Positions 17,210 to 26,751 of a stretch of 64,000 bases of DNA are shown in pieces; the stretch's first letter is position 1; each line of letters opens with the position of its first letter. The notes below the pieces were generated by a model. That model was not told the DNA's origin, ran no database searches, and saw only the letters and a list, made by a program, of their open reading frames with translations. The DNA is from Kiritimatiellia bacterium. GTDB lineage: Bacteria; Verrucomicrobiota; Kiritimatiellia; RFP12; UBA1067. The stretch is taken from the NCBI GenBank assembly GCA_045595285.1, contig JAZOAC010000132.1:456-64455 (forward strand). The letters are read 5' to 3'. The translations under genes were made by a program, and so were the position numbers.

Positions 17210-20200
17210 CTAGTTCGATGCATCTGAAGAGCTCACGAAAAGGGTCCCCCACGTCGACGGAGTGTGCGGGACGCCATTTTGCCACCCAAACGCCCCGCAT
17301 TTCGCGTTCCTGTCGGGGAGTCCAAGCGAAACCCTTTCGAAAAAACGGAGCTGCGGATTGACGTTCGGCTCAAACTGCAGGGATGAGAACGGAATGACGA
17401 CAATGGCGCGCCAGCCTTCCTGGGTCTTTTCGACACGGCTCTCCCACTTGCAGTCCTTGCTCCCATCCGAAACGACCGCTTTGTTGCGGGTGCCGTCCGC
17501 CGCCAGCATGAAGTGCCGGTAGGAAGCCCGGTCCGCCTCGAAAAACAGTTCTATGAAATCCCCAGTCGAGCAGGCGTTGCGGTCCGAAGTGGAATGCGTC
17601 ACGACGGGCAGTCCGCCCTTCTTCACGTCAATGCCGAGGACGAGTTCCCGTTCGTTCGCATAGATGCGCGTATTGACGCCGGCGGTTTCAGGGATGGCGG
17701 CAGGGCGTATGCGGGTGAAGCCCGTCAACGACGTACCCCGCGACCACGGCTTCCCGTGGAACATGTCGAAATGCGGCTTTTTCGGCGTACCCGTGAAACG
17801 GACGCGCGTTTCGACCTGTTTGTATTTGGGCGATTCGTCGATCCACATCTCAAGGATGCGCTGCATGGATGCAATCCATTTTCTACGCTCTTCGCAATCC
17901 GCTTTCGCAAAGGCCGCTTTCAGCGCTTCCCGGCACTTGTCGGATATTCCGTTCTGGACTATGTAGATCGATGCCATTCGGAACGGATTGTCGCAGAAGC
18001 CTGACGAGATGCTGTTGGAGTACCATGACCTGCGCACCTCGCCATAGAAACGCCCTACATCACCGGCGGCAGGGCCGAACGTACGCGAAAGGAATTCCCT
18101 GCGCAATGCCGCCGGGTCAAGGGACGGATTCCAGAAGAGCCGCTCGACAACCCAAGCCTCCATCGCATTCATGTCGTAGAATTCGGATCTGGGGCGCATT
18201 ACTCCCTTTGCATTGGCCCCCTGCATCACTTCGTCATCGGATTCGACAATAGGCGCATATACGTATTTCCCTCCTTTTTCAAGGAAGTAGCGCAGGTCGA
18301 CTGCGGCGGTGTCGGCCATCGGCCTGGGGAAGAACAGGTTTCCGCACCAGTAGTACTCCCTGAGTCCGATCTCCGCACCGCTTGCAAGCCAGCCGTCGAG
18401 CTTTTCCCTCCAGCGGCGATTGGTCGAACCTTCCACAAACGATTCGCGCATGTTACGCGGATAGGGGCAGAAGCGGACTATGATGTTCTTCTCGAGCTTG
18501 ATGCGCGGAGCGTCGGTAAGGTGGTAGTATCCGTGGACTATGGCCTTCGCGCCTGGACGGACCGCCGCCACGCGCCGGGCGACCTGGTTGTAGAACCGGA
18601 AAAAGCGCGTCGAACGGTAGGCCGGATCGCCAGCCTCAAGGAACGTTCCGTCATCCAGGCGTATCGGCTTCTGGCACTCGTCGCACTGGCATGTAAGCAC
18701 ACGGTCCTCTATCGTGATGTTTATCAGCTTGATGTCGCGCGGCACGGATGGCATCTTCCGTTCGACGGCATCGCAGAACGCCTTGACGAATCCAGGATTG
18801 CTTTCGCAGAAATTCATCTTCCCGCCCGTCCAGCGCTTGCCGTCGATCATCATGCGGTATTCCGGATGGTCGGGACATTCCGTCTTCGGGAACCACACCT
18901 TCTGCATGTTGTGTCCGCGGCCGCCGCCCCAGTAATCCTTGTGACATCCGATCATGCCGTACCGCACCGCAAGGGTGCGATGCTCCAGACGGGTGCCGCG
19001 ATCATGCAGCGACGTATCGCCGTTGCGCACCCTGTAGCGCCAGATTTCCGGCAGTTTCGAGCCCGAACCCAATGTCCGCCTGAGGAATGCGGGAATGTCC
19101 ACATACTCGTCCTGAAGTCCCTTCCATCCGTCCGGCGCCGGACGCTTCGTGTAGAAGCAAAGGTCGCCGCCGGGCCTTGGCCAAATGATATCGGTATGCC
19201 GCTCCAGCCACTTGTGGACACCATTGACGAGTCCCTTGGGATTTGCCGCAACAAAGTTCAGCACGCCGTCCCTCCATCTTACGGCATATCCGTCAGTCCC
19301 TTCCAGACGATTCCAGTCGGCGGCGAACAGACCATTCTCCGAAGGCAGCCGGAAACGGACGGGCGGAGCGGAACCGAAAACCTTCGTCGCAAAGTTGGTG
19401 AACTCCTCATGCGCCCATTCGACGGCCGGATGGCTCGACATAGGATAATCGAACGACCAGAACTTCTCGGGAGAGAGAAACACGTGCCCGACAATCCCCG
19501 TAATGTCGAACATCCAATCTTCAAGAAGGCCTTTCTCCGCCTTTTTGAATACGGCCTTCCAGAGTCCGGCATCGGCCCCCGCCTGCTCGATATGCCCCTT
19601 CCAGGCAAACACGGACGGACAGTTGTATACGCTCCGGCCCGTCGAGGAGACCAGCTCGACTCCTATGGCTTCGCTGCCGTCACCCGAAACAAAGAATCCG
19701 AACTCCGGCGCATATTCCGGAACGGAGAAATACAACTCTCCCTGAGAGCCGATGGCCGCACACCAGTCAGACGTAAGATCGGCAGCAATGGGAGCAGCGC
19801 ACTCAAGAAGCGACAGCTGCAGGCCGATGCGCCTTGAGTCAAGGAAATAGAAGCCCGCCCTGGGCGCATCGAACTTCAGCGTCTCCACGTCCTTCCCCGG
19901 CAAAGGGACGGAAGCAATAATCTTGCCGTCAACATCGGAAAATTCCACTTCCCCGGATACGGCGCGGGAATATCTGCCGATGGGATTTTGCCTCCACTTG
20001 AACTTTATGGTTCTGGCGCGATCGGCATAGAATACAAACCGCAACTGATGACGGAAACGGATTGGCGAGAGCTTGACCATCTCGCCAGGACGGGAGTCTG
20101 AAACCCTGGCCCGGGAGAAATCCGGAGCAGGCTTAACGGTCGGAACCTTATTCTTCGCCGAAAGGAACGGAAGGTTTCTGACAACCCATTCGTCATCAAC

Positions 20201-21346
20201 CTTCGTCTCGACCACTCTTCCTCTCTTATTCCGCTCGACGATGCGACAACCGGTGAACTCGCAGGTGAACGGGCATCTCAGAGAGGCCTTTATCGAAAAG
20301 ACGTTGTTTCGCGGATGCTCGAACGAGCTGTCGCGGAATATGAGCCGTCCGCCGATTTCCGAGCGGTCGTCCCGCGTGTTGTGCACGGTGACAGCTGTTG
20401 CATTGCCAATGGTGCGGCAGCGTTCAAACACCATGTCAAAGGGCTGCGATTTTCCCGGAACCAACCTGCCCAGGGCAAGCTCTATGCCATGACTCTTGTT
20501 GTTCTCAAAGACACAGTCCCGCATCACAATGCCCCGCATCAGATCCTCCGGGGAATTCGGCTCGAAGTCTATCCCCGACTGCGGCGGCAATCCGCGTGTG
20601 TTCTTGAACGTGCAGCGTTCCACAATCAATCCATCGACACTTGTGACACTGATTCCCTGACGGACGCTTGTATCGACACATACGTCTTCGATGCGTATGC
20701 CGGTGGAGGCGCGCACGCCGTCTGTGATGCCGAAAGCCTTGCCCCGGCGCTTCTTGAGAGCGCCCACATAGATGCCGTCGCCTCCGGCGTTAAGTATCTT
20801 GAGTCCCCTGACTATGGCATTGTGCGTCCCCAGTATTGTTATGGCGTGACGCCATTCGGATTTCCGGTACGGAGGCTTCAGGTAATCATCGTGGTGCATA
20901 CGAAGAACGCCTTTGCCTCCTATCACGACATTGCTGCACCCCGGAAACGAGAATACGCAATCATCCTTTCCGAGATACGCGCCTTTCTTGGCCTCCACCA
21001 CCGCACCATCCTCGAAGAATATCTCCTGGTTAGAACGGCCCCGCAATGGCAGCACAATCCAGCGGCGGGCATCGACCACAACCTTTTTCGCTCCGGAATC
21101 GATTGCCGCCTGCATAAACCTGGTGGAATCTTCAGCGTCGAAGCCAAACTCCGAAACCCGCACCACATCCTTCGCCAATGAAGACGCGACGGCCAATGTC
21201 ACCACGACCGCAAGATTGAACTTATGTGTCATCCTGCAGAGCAGAGATCCATGCCCCGGCATTGCCGATGCTATTTTCCCCACGTCAAACCGTACATGCG
21301 GATTTCCCGCATACGGCTTTCCATTGATCGCTTCTCTCTTTGCCAC
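17210..21346 (-). CDS. Large secreted fusion: right-handed beta-helix + DUF4838-like GH domain + CBM9-like domain
   Basis: GGDGIYVG, RQGISVTS, PQSGIDFEPN (beta-helix); NGVHKWLE, HNM, MNFCESNP, VRFCP (DUF4838-like); GDFIELFF...GWRAIVVIPF (CBM9-like). The signal peptide starts at ATG 21232. An alternative GTG at 21346 has an SD. Confidence 0.8.
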   Translation of the reverse strand: MAKREAINGKPYAGNPHVRFDVGKIASAMPGHGSLLCRMTHKFNLAVVVTLAVASSLAKDVVRVSEFGFDAEDSTRFMQAAIDSGAKKVVVDARRWIVLPLRGRSNQEIFFEDGAVVEAKKGAYLGKDDCVFSFPGCSNVVIGGKGVLRMHHDDYLKPPYRKSEWRHAITILGTHNAIVRGLKILNAGGDGIYVGALKKRRGKAFGITDGVRASTGIRIEDVCVDTSVRQGISVTSVDGLIVERCTFKNTRGLPPQSGIDFEPNSPEDLMRGIVMRDCVFENNKSHGIELALGRLVPGKSQPFDMVFERCRTIGNATAVTVHNTRDDRSEIGGRLIFRDSSFEHPRNNVFSIKASLRCPFTCEFTGCRIVERNKRGRVVETKVDDEWVVRNLPFLSAKNKVPTVKPAPDFSRARVSDSRPGEMVKLSPIRFRHQLRFVFYADRARTIKFKWRQNPIGRYSRAVSGEVEFSDVDGKIIASVPLPGKDVETLKFDAPRAGFYFLDSRRIGLQLSLLECAAPIAADLTSDWCAAIGSQGELYFSVPEYAPEFGFFVSGDGSEAIGVELVSSTGRSVYNCPSVFAWKGHIEQAGADAGLWKAVFKKAEKGLLEDWMFDITGIVGHVFLSPEKFWSFDYPMSSHPAVEWAHEEFTNFATKVFGSAPPVRFRLPSENGLFAADWNRLEGTDGYAVRWRDGVLNFVAANPKGLVNGVHKWLERHTDIIWPRPGGDLCFYTKRPAPDGWKGLQDEYVDIPAFLRRTLGSGSKLPEIWRYRVRNGDTSLHDRGTRLEHRTLAVRYGMIGCHKDYWGGGRGHNMQKVWFPKTECPDHPEYRMMIDGKRWTGGKMNFCESNPGFVKAFCDAVERKMPSVPRDIKLINITIEDRVLTCQCDECQKPIRLDDGTFLEAGDPAYRSTRFFRFYNQVARRVAAVRPGAKAIVHGYYHLTDAPRIKLEKNIIVRFCPYPRNMRESFVEGSTNRRWREKLDGWLASGAEIGLREYYWCGNLFFPRPMADTAAVDLRYFLEKGGKYVYAPIVESDDEVMQGANAKGVMRPRSEFYDMNAMEAWVVERLFWNPSLDPAALRREFLSRTFGPAAGDVGRFYGEVRRSWYSNSISSGFCDNPFRMASIYIVQNGISDKCREALKAAFAKADCEERRKWIASMQRILEMWIDESPKYKQVETRVRFTGTPKKPHFDMFHGKPWSRGTSLTGFTRIRPAAIPETAGVNTRIYANERELVLGIDVKKGGLPVVTHSTSDRNACSTGDFIELFFEADRASYRHFMLAADGTRNKAVVSDGSKDCKWESRVEKTQEGWRAIVVIPFSSLQFEPNVNPQLRFFERVSLGLPDRNAKCGAFGWQNGVPHTPSTWGTLFVSSSDASN
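21236..21321 (-). ncRNA. Group II intron domain V + degenerate domain VI remnant
   Basis: GAAAGCCGTATGCGGGAAATCCGCATGTACGGTTTG has the AGC triad, stem, GAAA loop and bulge. It is followed by ACGTGGGG...CTCTGCTCTGC, which resembles a DVI end (canonical CTCTACTCTAC). No RT gene and no domains I-IV nearby. Confidence 0.85.
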
Positions 21347-21381
21347 AGCTTTCGTCCTTTCTTCGCTTTAAATGGCTGTGA

Positions 21382-21408
21382 ATTATATTTGTTTTTTTTT
21401 TCTGTCAA
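21382..21408 (-). promoter_or_regulatory. Consensus sigma70 promoter TTGACA-N15-TATAAT with an A10 tract in the spacer
   Basis: tgtcaa at 21403-21408, attata at 21382-21387, and t x10 at 21392-21401. Confidence 0.7.
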
Positions 21409-21418
21409 ATCCGCGTTT

Positions 21419-23464
21419 TCAACGCCCAAGATCACACGCACCCTCGTTGCGGTTTGCAAAACGGTAAAGGCGGATGGCATCGGGCGCGAGCGGAGCATCG
21501 GGCGCAACGGCTCCCGTCTGCGGCTCTGTTACGGATTGCGGTTTCCCCAATCCGTCCACATTCACTGCCGCCGGTTCTGCTGAAATGTTCCAGACGATGA
21601 CACCACTGCCTTTCTTGCCAATGAAACGCTTGGCTATACAGCCTTTGCCGGTAAATATGAATCCGTCCGTATCCACGAAGCGGCCTTCGAGAAGAATATC
21701 CGAGTTGGCGTGCTGGAAGTCTGAAACCGCTTTCATGTAGCCGGCAAGAGTCCCCTTCGGCCCCGACTTCAGTATGGCGAAGTTGGGCACTCTGATAACG
21801 GTCCCGTAGTTTGTGGTGACATTGCCGGTTTCCGCGTATATGCGGTCCGGTCCATACCGCAATTCAACATCGTGGCGCATGCCGAACACAACAGTATAGT
21901 TCACCATCGGCCTGTCCTCGATCGGCGTGGGCACGCGCACGGTGGTGGCGAGTTCCGGGAACGTGTAGCGGACAAGTTCCGGCCATTCATTGCCGGGATT
22001 CCGGCCGTTTCCGCGAGACTTCATGAACGATTCGCAAGAATCGCGGCTTGCGCAGTAAGAAATACCGTGCCAGAACGCAATGGAATCCATAATAGTGTCG
22101 TGGAAGCCCTCCGTCATAACCGCGAAATCGGGATCCACCGTACGCATTTCGGCTGCGACACGGTCAAGAAAACCGACACGCTCCTCCGCGTAGCTGTATG
22201 CCGGCACGAGATGGCCATGCCCTTTACCGTAGCAGGCGTACGGACCAGATACACCGAGCTGATCGTAGAGAATCGCGTCTGCCCCCAGATTCTTCGCATT
22301 GCGGGCGAGGGACAGCATCCTGTCGAACCACGGCTTGGAATGAAGACAAGCGAGCGCCTGATCGTAATTGGGAATGTCGCTATACTTGTGGTAATGCTGA
22401 ATAACCAGTCCGCCGTCTTTGCGGATAAGCGAATGATCTTTGCCGTACTCGTTCCAATACCTGGTTGCGCCGACATGCTGAAGCTGCCCGTTCGCGTACA
22501 GGCAGACCCGCTTGCCGCGCTTCTTGAGAAGTTTGATTCCTTCGACAAGCGCATCGCGTCCGCCCATCTTCGGACACGGTTCGTAGTCGGGATAAAGATG
22601 ATCGTGTCCGCCGACGGTCCAGCCGAAGAGCCCGATCATGTCGAGGCCGAGCGAATCCGCATAGTCCGCCAGTTTCCCGAAATCTCCATAGGGCCAGAAA
22701 ATCTCCTCGTTCTGCTGCTTGAGTATGACGAGAAGCCAGCCGTTCACCTGTTTCGTCCAGGCGGGGGAAGCAGTCGCTTTGTGAACCGTGTCATACCAGG
22801 CGCGATACTTCCGCGCCGCCGCATGCCAGTCGCCTTTGTAGCGGACGTATGACACCATAGGCAGCTTCCATATCTGCCCTGAAGCGATGAAGACTAAGTG
22901 CTTCGGCACAATTGCCGCCTTGTCACTCTCAGGCCGATAGCGAAGCGCGAAACTCTTCGCGTTCGCGCGGGAATCCAGCACCATCACCGACGCGCCGGAT
23001 ATTCCGTCGTCGAGCGCCACCCACGGCATGGTGAGCTTGCGGCTTGGATAGACATACGTCTCGAATGTAAATTCTCCTTCTGCCGCGGATTTCCATTCGA
23101 CCGCATCACAGGAATCGTTTATCTGCGCAAAATTCGACACGCGCCGCCCGAAACCTTCCGGCACGTAGAATCCAGAACGGGCCTTATCTACGGGCAGCCC
23201 TTTTATTATCGGACCTTCAAACGATGTCACAAGCCCTTTGCCGTTATTGGCGATGCGTCCGGTGAAATCCCATCCGTCCGCTGTTTTCACAGGCTCAAGC
23301 ACGACCTCGATGTCACCCCGCGGCGCCTCGCTCGTCACCACCGCGACACTTCCGTCGGGCTCCTCGACCGTCAGCCGCCATTCCCAGGACATGGCAGAAG
23401 CGTTTCTTGCGACCGCACAGGCCATGACCACAGCGGCAAACCGGCCGCATGCTCCAAGTTTCAT
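21419..23464 (-). CDS. Secreted TIM-barrel glycoside-hydrolase-like protein (DUF6259-like)
   Basis: Signal peptide. GLFGWTVGGHDHLYPDY...MGG...LYANG...ILYDQLG...MTEG. Confidence 0.65.
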   Translation of the reverse strand: MKLGACGRFAAVVMACAVARNASAMSWEWRLTVEEPDGSVAVVTSEAPRGDIEVVLEPVKTADGWDFTGRIANNGKGLVTSFEGPIIKGLPVDKARSGFYVPEGFGRRVSNFAQINDSCDAVEWKSAAEGEFTFETYVYPSRKLTMPWVALDDGISGASVMVLDSRANAKSFALRYRPESDKAAIVPKHLVFIASGQIWKLPMVSYVRYKGDWHAAARKYRAWYDTVHKATASPAWTKQVNGWLLVILKQQNEEIFWPYGDFGKLADYADSLGLDMIGLFGWTVGGHDHLYPDYEPCPKMGGRDALVEGIKLLKKRGKRVCLYANGQLQHVGATRYWNEYGKDHSLIRKDGGLVIQHYHKYSDIPNYDQALACLHSKPWFDRMLSLARNAKNLGADAILYDQLGVSGPYACYGKGHGHLVPAYSYAEERVGFLDRVAAEMRTVDPDFAVMTEGFHDTIMDSIAFWHGISYCASRDSCESFMKSRGNGRNPGNEWPELVRYTFPELATTVRVPTPIEDRPMVNYTVVFGMRHDVELRYGPDRIYAETGNVTTNYGTVIRVPNFAILKSGPKGTLAGYMKAVSDFQHANSDILLEGRFVDTDGFIFTGKGCIAKRFIGKKGSGVIVWNISAEPAAVNVDGLGKPQSVTEPQTGAVAPDAPLAPDAIRLYRFANRNEGACDLGR

Positions 23465-23544
23465 GCTAAATATTGATTCTCTCGTATCCATTGTCTGCAA
23501 GGCTCCGAATCTACCGTTGACCGGTGACACTCCATTGAACTTCT

Positions 23545-23910
23545 CTAGAACTCACGGCGTTCGCTGTTTGCCGCGCAGGTATCAACATTCTCGACGATGA
23601 GGCAGCGTGTCCCGGGTTTCGTTACGATCTGATGCCATGTTCCCTTGTGGACATTGTAGATCTTGCCGACAGACATCTTCACTTTCTGACCGCTCTCCCC
23701 GATAAGAAGCGTTGCTTCACCGGCAAGAAGAACAAACACCTCGTCCGTCTCATTATGCCGCTCCATGTATGTCGGCGCGGTGAAGCGGTCTCCATGATTG
23801 AGGAACGCCACGCACCACCCGCCATCCTCAACCGCACGGATGTAATTGCCGCCGTCATACGAAACGACATCAAGTCCACATACCGGACTTTCTCTGCGAA
23901 TTTCTTTCAT
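23545..23910 (-). CDS. Cupin-fold protein
   Basis: ERHNETDEVFVLLAGEATL...YNVHKGTWHQI. Confidence 0.75.
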   Translation of the reverse strand: MKEIRRESPVCGLDVVSYDGGNYIRAVEDGGWCVAFLNHGDRFTAPTYMERHNETDEVFVLLAGEATLLIGESGQKVKMSVGKIYNVHKGTWHQIVTKPGTRCLIVENVDTCAANSERREF

Positions 23911-23982
23911 GGCGCGGATTGTATCAAAACGGCATTCCATTCCTCAACGGGTAGAGTACATTAAACAGGCAACAGTTTTTAC

Positions 23983-25170
23983 ATGATTCAGGCAATTTGT
24001 GATATACTTCAACACATGAAAACCAAACGCACGAAGTCAATTCTTGTCGCAATCTCGTCATCAAATGCCGCCTCGCGCCAGAAACTGCGCGGAATCTACC
24101 GGTACGCCTTGCGCAAGGACGACTGGGACATAACCCTTGTACGCTCTCCTGCCGATCTCACGCCGCAGCTTTTGGAGGAATGCGCAAACGGCGATATCGA
24201 CGGCTTTATCCTGTCTTCGGATGAATGCTCAACAGAAATCGGCCGTGTCGTTCCCGCAGACAAACCCATCATCGCCATTGAGATATGGAAAAAAGTCCCC
24301 GCAAAGCGCAGCAGACGAAATACGCTTGTGCTCAAAACGGACAACGCCGCCATCGGAGACATGGCGGCCGCGCATTTCAGATCTCTCGGACGCTTCTCGT
24401 CGTTTGCATACATCCCGGACGAAAAAGGGCGGGATTGGTCGAAGATGCGCGGAGATGCATTCATGGATGCGATTGCATCGTCCGGCCGCCATGCCGAGAC
24501 CTACGATGCGACGCGGGAGACAATCCCTGAATTCCTCGCTCGCCAGGAGCTGCCGGTCGCCGTTTTTGCGGCGTGGGACTTTCTTGCCGCCAAGGTGATC
24601 AAAGACTGTCACCGAATAGACCTCAATGTTCCGTCGCAGGTTTCCGTTCTGGGAGTAGATGACGATGACCTGATATGCGAATCCGTGAGACCGCCCCTTT
24701 CCACGATTTTGGTTGACCGCATCAAACAGGGCTTTATGGCGGCCAAGACGCTTGATGCGATGATGAAGTTCCCGAAAGGTACCCATGCGCAGGATTACAT
24801 TGCTCTGCCGATCAAGGTTGTGCAGCGTGAATCAACCGCCTATCTCTCCACCGGCGCCGCCATCATTGAACGGGCGCGAAAGTTCATTGAAGACCACGCC
24901 ACCGAAGACATTGATGTAAACGACGTCGCAGGCGCACTTTGCATCTCTCGCCGGCTTCTTGATCTGCGCTTCGAGGAATCCGGGATGGGATCGGTTGCCG
25001 CCATGATCCGCGCGAAGCGACTTTCGGCGGTGAAGCGTCTGCTGAAGCAAACATCGCTGTCCGACTCCAGAATCGCCATGAGATGCGGATTCAAGAGCGT
25101 CGGCTCCCTTCGCAATCTCTTCCGCAACACCTTCGGCATGTCAATGCGCACCTACCGCATTCAACATTGA
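23983..25170 (+). CDS. XylR-type regulator (LacI-like sensor + AraC HTH)
   Basis: PVAVFAAWD...VSVLGVDDD...PPLSTI; ISRRLLDLRF...RLSAVKRLL...IAMRCGF. Confidence 0.88.
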   Translation: MIQAICDILQHMKTKRTKSILVAISSSNAASRQKLRGIYRYALRKDDWDITLVRSPADLTPQLLEECANGDIDGFILSSDECSTEIGRVVPADKPIIAIEIWKKVPAKRSRRNTLVLKTDNAAIGDMAAAHFRSLGRFSSFAYIPDEKGRDWSKMRGDAFMDAIASSGRHAETYDATRETIPEFLARQELPVAVFAAWDFLAAKVIKDCHRIDLNVPSQVSVLGVDDDDLICESVRPPLSTILVDRIKQGFMAAKTLDAMMKFPKGTHAQDYIALPIKVVQRESTAYLSTGAAIIERARKFIEDHATEDIDVNDVAGALCISRRLLDLRFEESGMGSVAAMIRAKRLSAVKRLLKQTSLSDSRIAMRCGFKSVGSLRNLFRNTFGMSMRTYRIQH

Positions 25171-25227
25171 ACCGCACAGGTAACACACCTGCACGCCGAA
25201 CATTCCACGGAAACAAGCGGAGACGGC

Positions 25228-26697
25228 TCAGACGTTAAGCTGCGCCGAATCGCGTTCGACCCGGGATTCGTCGAGATCAAGTTTTGAAACATCGACATCG
25301 ACAATGCCCAGAGGTTTCGCCTTGCGCCATCCGCCCTTGGTGAAATCCGGAATGTCGCATGAACCGGAGCGGCCGCGTACCGACCTGTCGGAAAGTTCGG
25401 CGATGCAGCACCAGCTCGCCAGATCATACACGTCCATATCCATGGGAAGTCCGTTCTGCAGACAGTACGCCCACCTCAGATCCATGAGGAAGTCCATGCC
25501 GCCATGCCCGCCGACCTTCCTGGCGATCTCGCCGACGGATTTCCAAAGCGGATGCCTGTAGGCTGCCGCAATCTCCGCCGTACGCCTTTCATCAAAAAAC
25601 CTGTGAAGTCCCGCCCCTGGCCGCTCCTCCCATCCGAATCTTGTCATGCCCGGATCGTCGCCGTATGTGCGCCACGGCATGCCGTGGAATATCCCCTTCG
25701 TTCCCGTGACCATGTTTATGCGCGAATACGGACGCGGGCTGGATATGTCGTGCTGGAGCATTATCGAACAGCCGTTCACGGTGCGGATGAGCGTGGTGTT
25801 CATGTCTCCCATGGCGACTTTCGCGTCAGCCTTCCACGTTCCGGGGAAAGCATGTTTCGCATAGGCGCGAAAGTTGGCCTGACGCGACTCGAGAGACACG
25901 AGATAGTCGAAACGGTCTCCGCGATTGATGTTCATGTACTGGCAGACCGGACCAAGCCCATGAGTGGTGTACTGATTGCCTTTATGCCTCTGATTCCAGC
26001 GCAGGCGCCAATAGTCCCAGCACCCCTTGACCCCGTCCGGTTCCTGGTCGTAATAACTGCTGACGCGAAGATCGTGGATGTACGCGCATTCACCATGGAC
26101 GATCTCGCCCAGCAATCCCTGCCGGCAGAGATTGAGGCCCAGCATCTCCATCTCGCCGTAGCAGCAGTTCTCGAGCTGCATGCAGTGAAGGCGCGTACGC
26201 TCTGCCGTTTCGACAAGTTCCCAGCACTCGTCGATCGTCATCGCCGCCGGAACTTCAATGAACGCATGCTTGCCGCAGTTCATCGCAAAAACCCCGATCG
26301 GAGCGTGCAGAGACCAGGGAGTCACATTGTAGACGCAGTCGATGCCGTCGTACCGGCACATGTCTTTCCAGGAATCCTCCCTTCCTGAAAACATCTTCGG
26401 CAGCGGCCTGCCGTTATCCTTAAGCCATTTGGCTTCGGCCTCGACCCGCACCCGACGGATGTCGCACAGCGCGGCGACTTCAACCCCGGGAATCATGGAT
26501 ATGCGATGGACGGCAGACGTTCCACGGCTCCCCAAACCGACCACCCCGACGCGCACCCTCTTCAGCGGAGCCGCCGCAAAACCCTGCATGGCTCCGCCGT
26601 CGCCGCCGAATCTGACCGCATTGGCGCATCCGCCCGCCATCGCCGCCGCGCCCATCCATGCAGTTCCCTTGATGAAGTCTCTTCTGTTCATGCTCAT
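25228..26697 (-). CDS. GH109 NAD-dependent alpha-N-acetylgalactosaminidase-like protein (Gfo/Idh/MocA), Tat signal
   Basis: NRRDFIK; VGVVGLGSRG; EVPAAMT; MQLENCCY; YTTHGLGPV; GGHGGMDF; DMDVYDLASW. Confidence 0.88.
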   Translation of the reverse strand: MSMNRRDFIKGTAWMGAAAMAGGCANAVRFGGDGGAMQGFAAAPLKRVRVGVVGLGSRGTSAVHRISMIPGVEVAALCDIRRVRVEAEAKWLKDNGRPLPKMFSGREDSWKDMCRYDGIDCVYNVTPWSLHAPIGVFAMNCGKHAFIEVPAAMTIDECWELVETAERTRLHCMQLENCCYGEMEMLGLNLCRQGLLGEIVHGECAYIHDLRVSSYYDQEPDGVKGCWDYWRLRWNQRHKGNQYTTHGLGPVCQYMNINRGDRFDYLVSLESRQANFRAYAKHAFPGTWKADAKVAMGDMNTTLIRTVNGCSIMLQHDISSPRPYSRINMVTGTKGIFHGMPWRTYGDDPGMTRFGWEERPGAGLHRFFDERRTAEIAAAYRHPLWKSVGEIARKVGGHGGMDFLMDLRWAYCLQNGLPMDMDVYDLASWCCIAELSDRSVRGRSGSCDIPDFTKGGWRKAKPLGIVDVDVSKLDLDESRVERDSAQLNV

Positions 26698-26751
26698 CGG
26701 ATATCTCCTTTCAATCGATTCCTGAAAACGGCACCGTCCGCCCGGAACTCC

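Noticed and set aside
18521-19837. Long antisense ORFs (also 27610..28794, 30092..31384, 36737..37831, 48584..49909, 54453..55436 and many others)
   Set aside because: They lie opposite well-supported genes in GC-rich sequence, where codon bias removes antisense stops, and they show no family motifs.
21236-21346. Complete group II intron or retroelement
   Set aside because: There is no room for domains I-IV, no RT ORF in the window, and the branch-point and terminal bases are altered.
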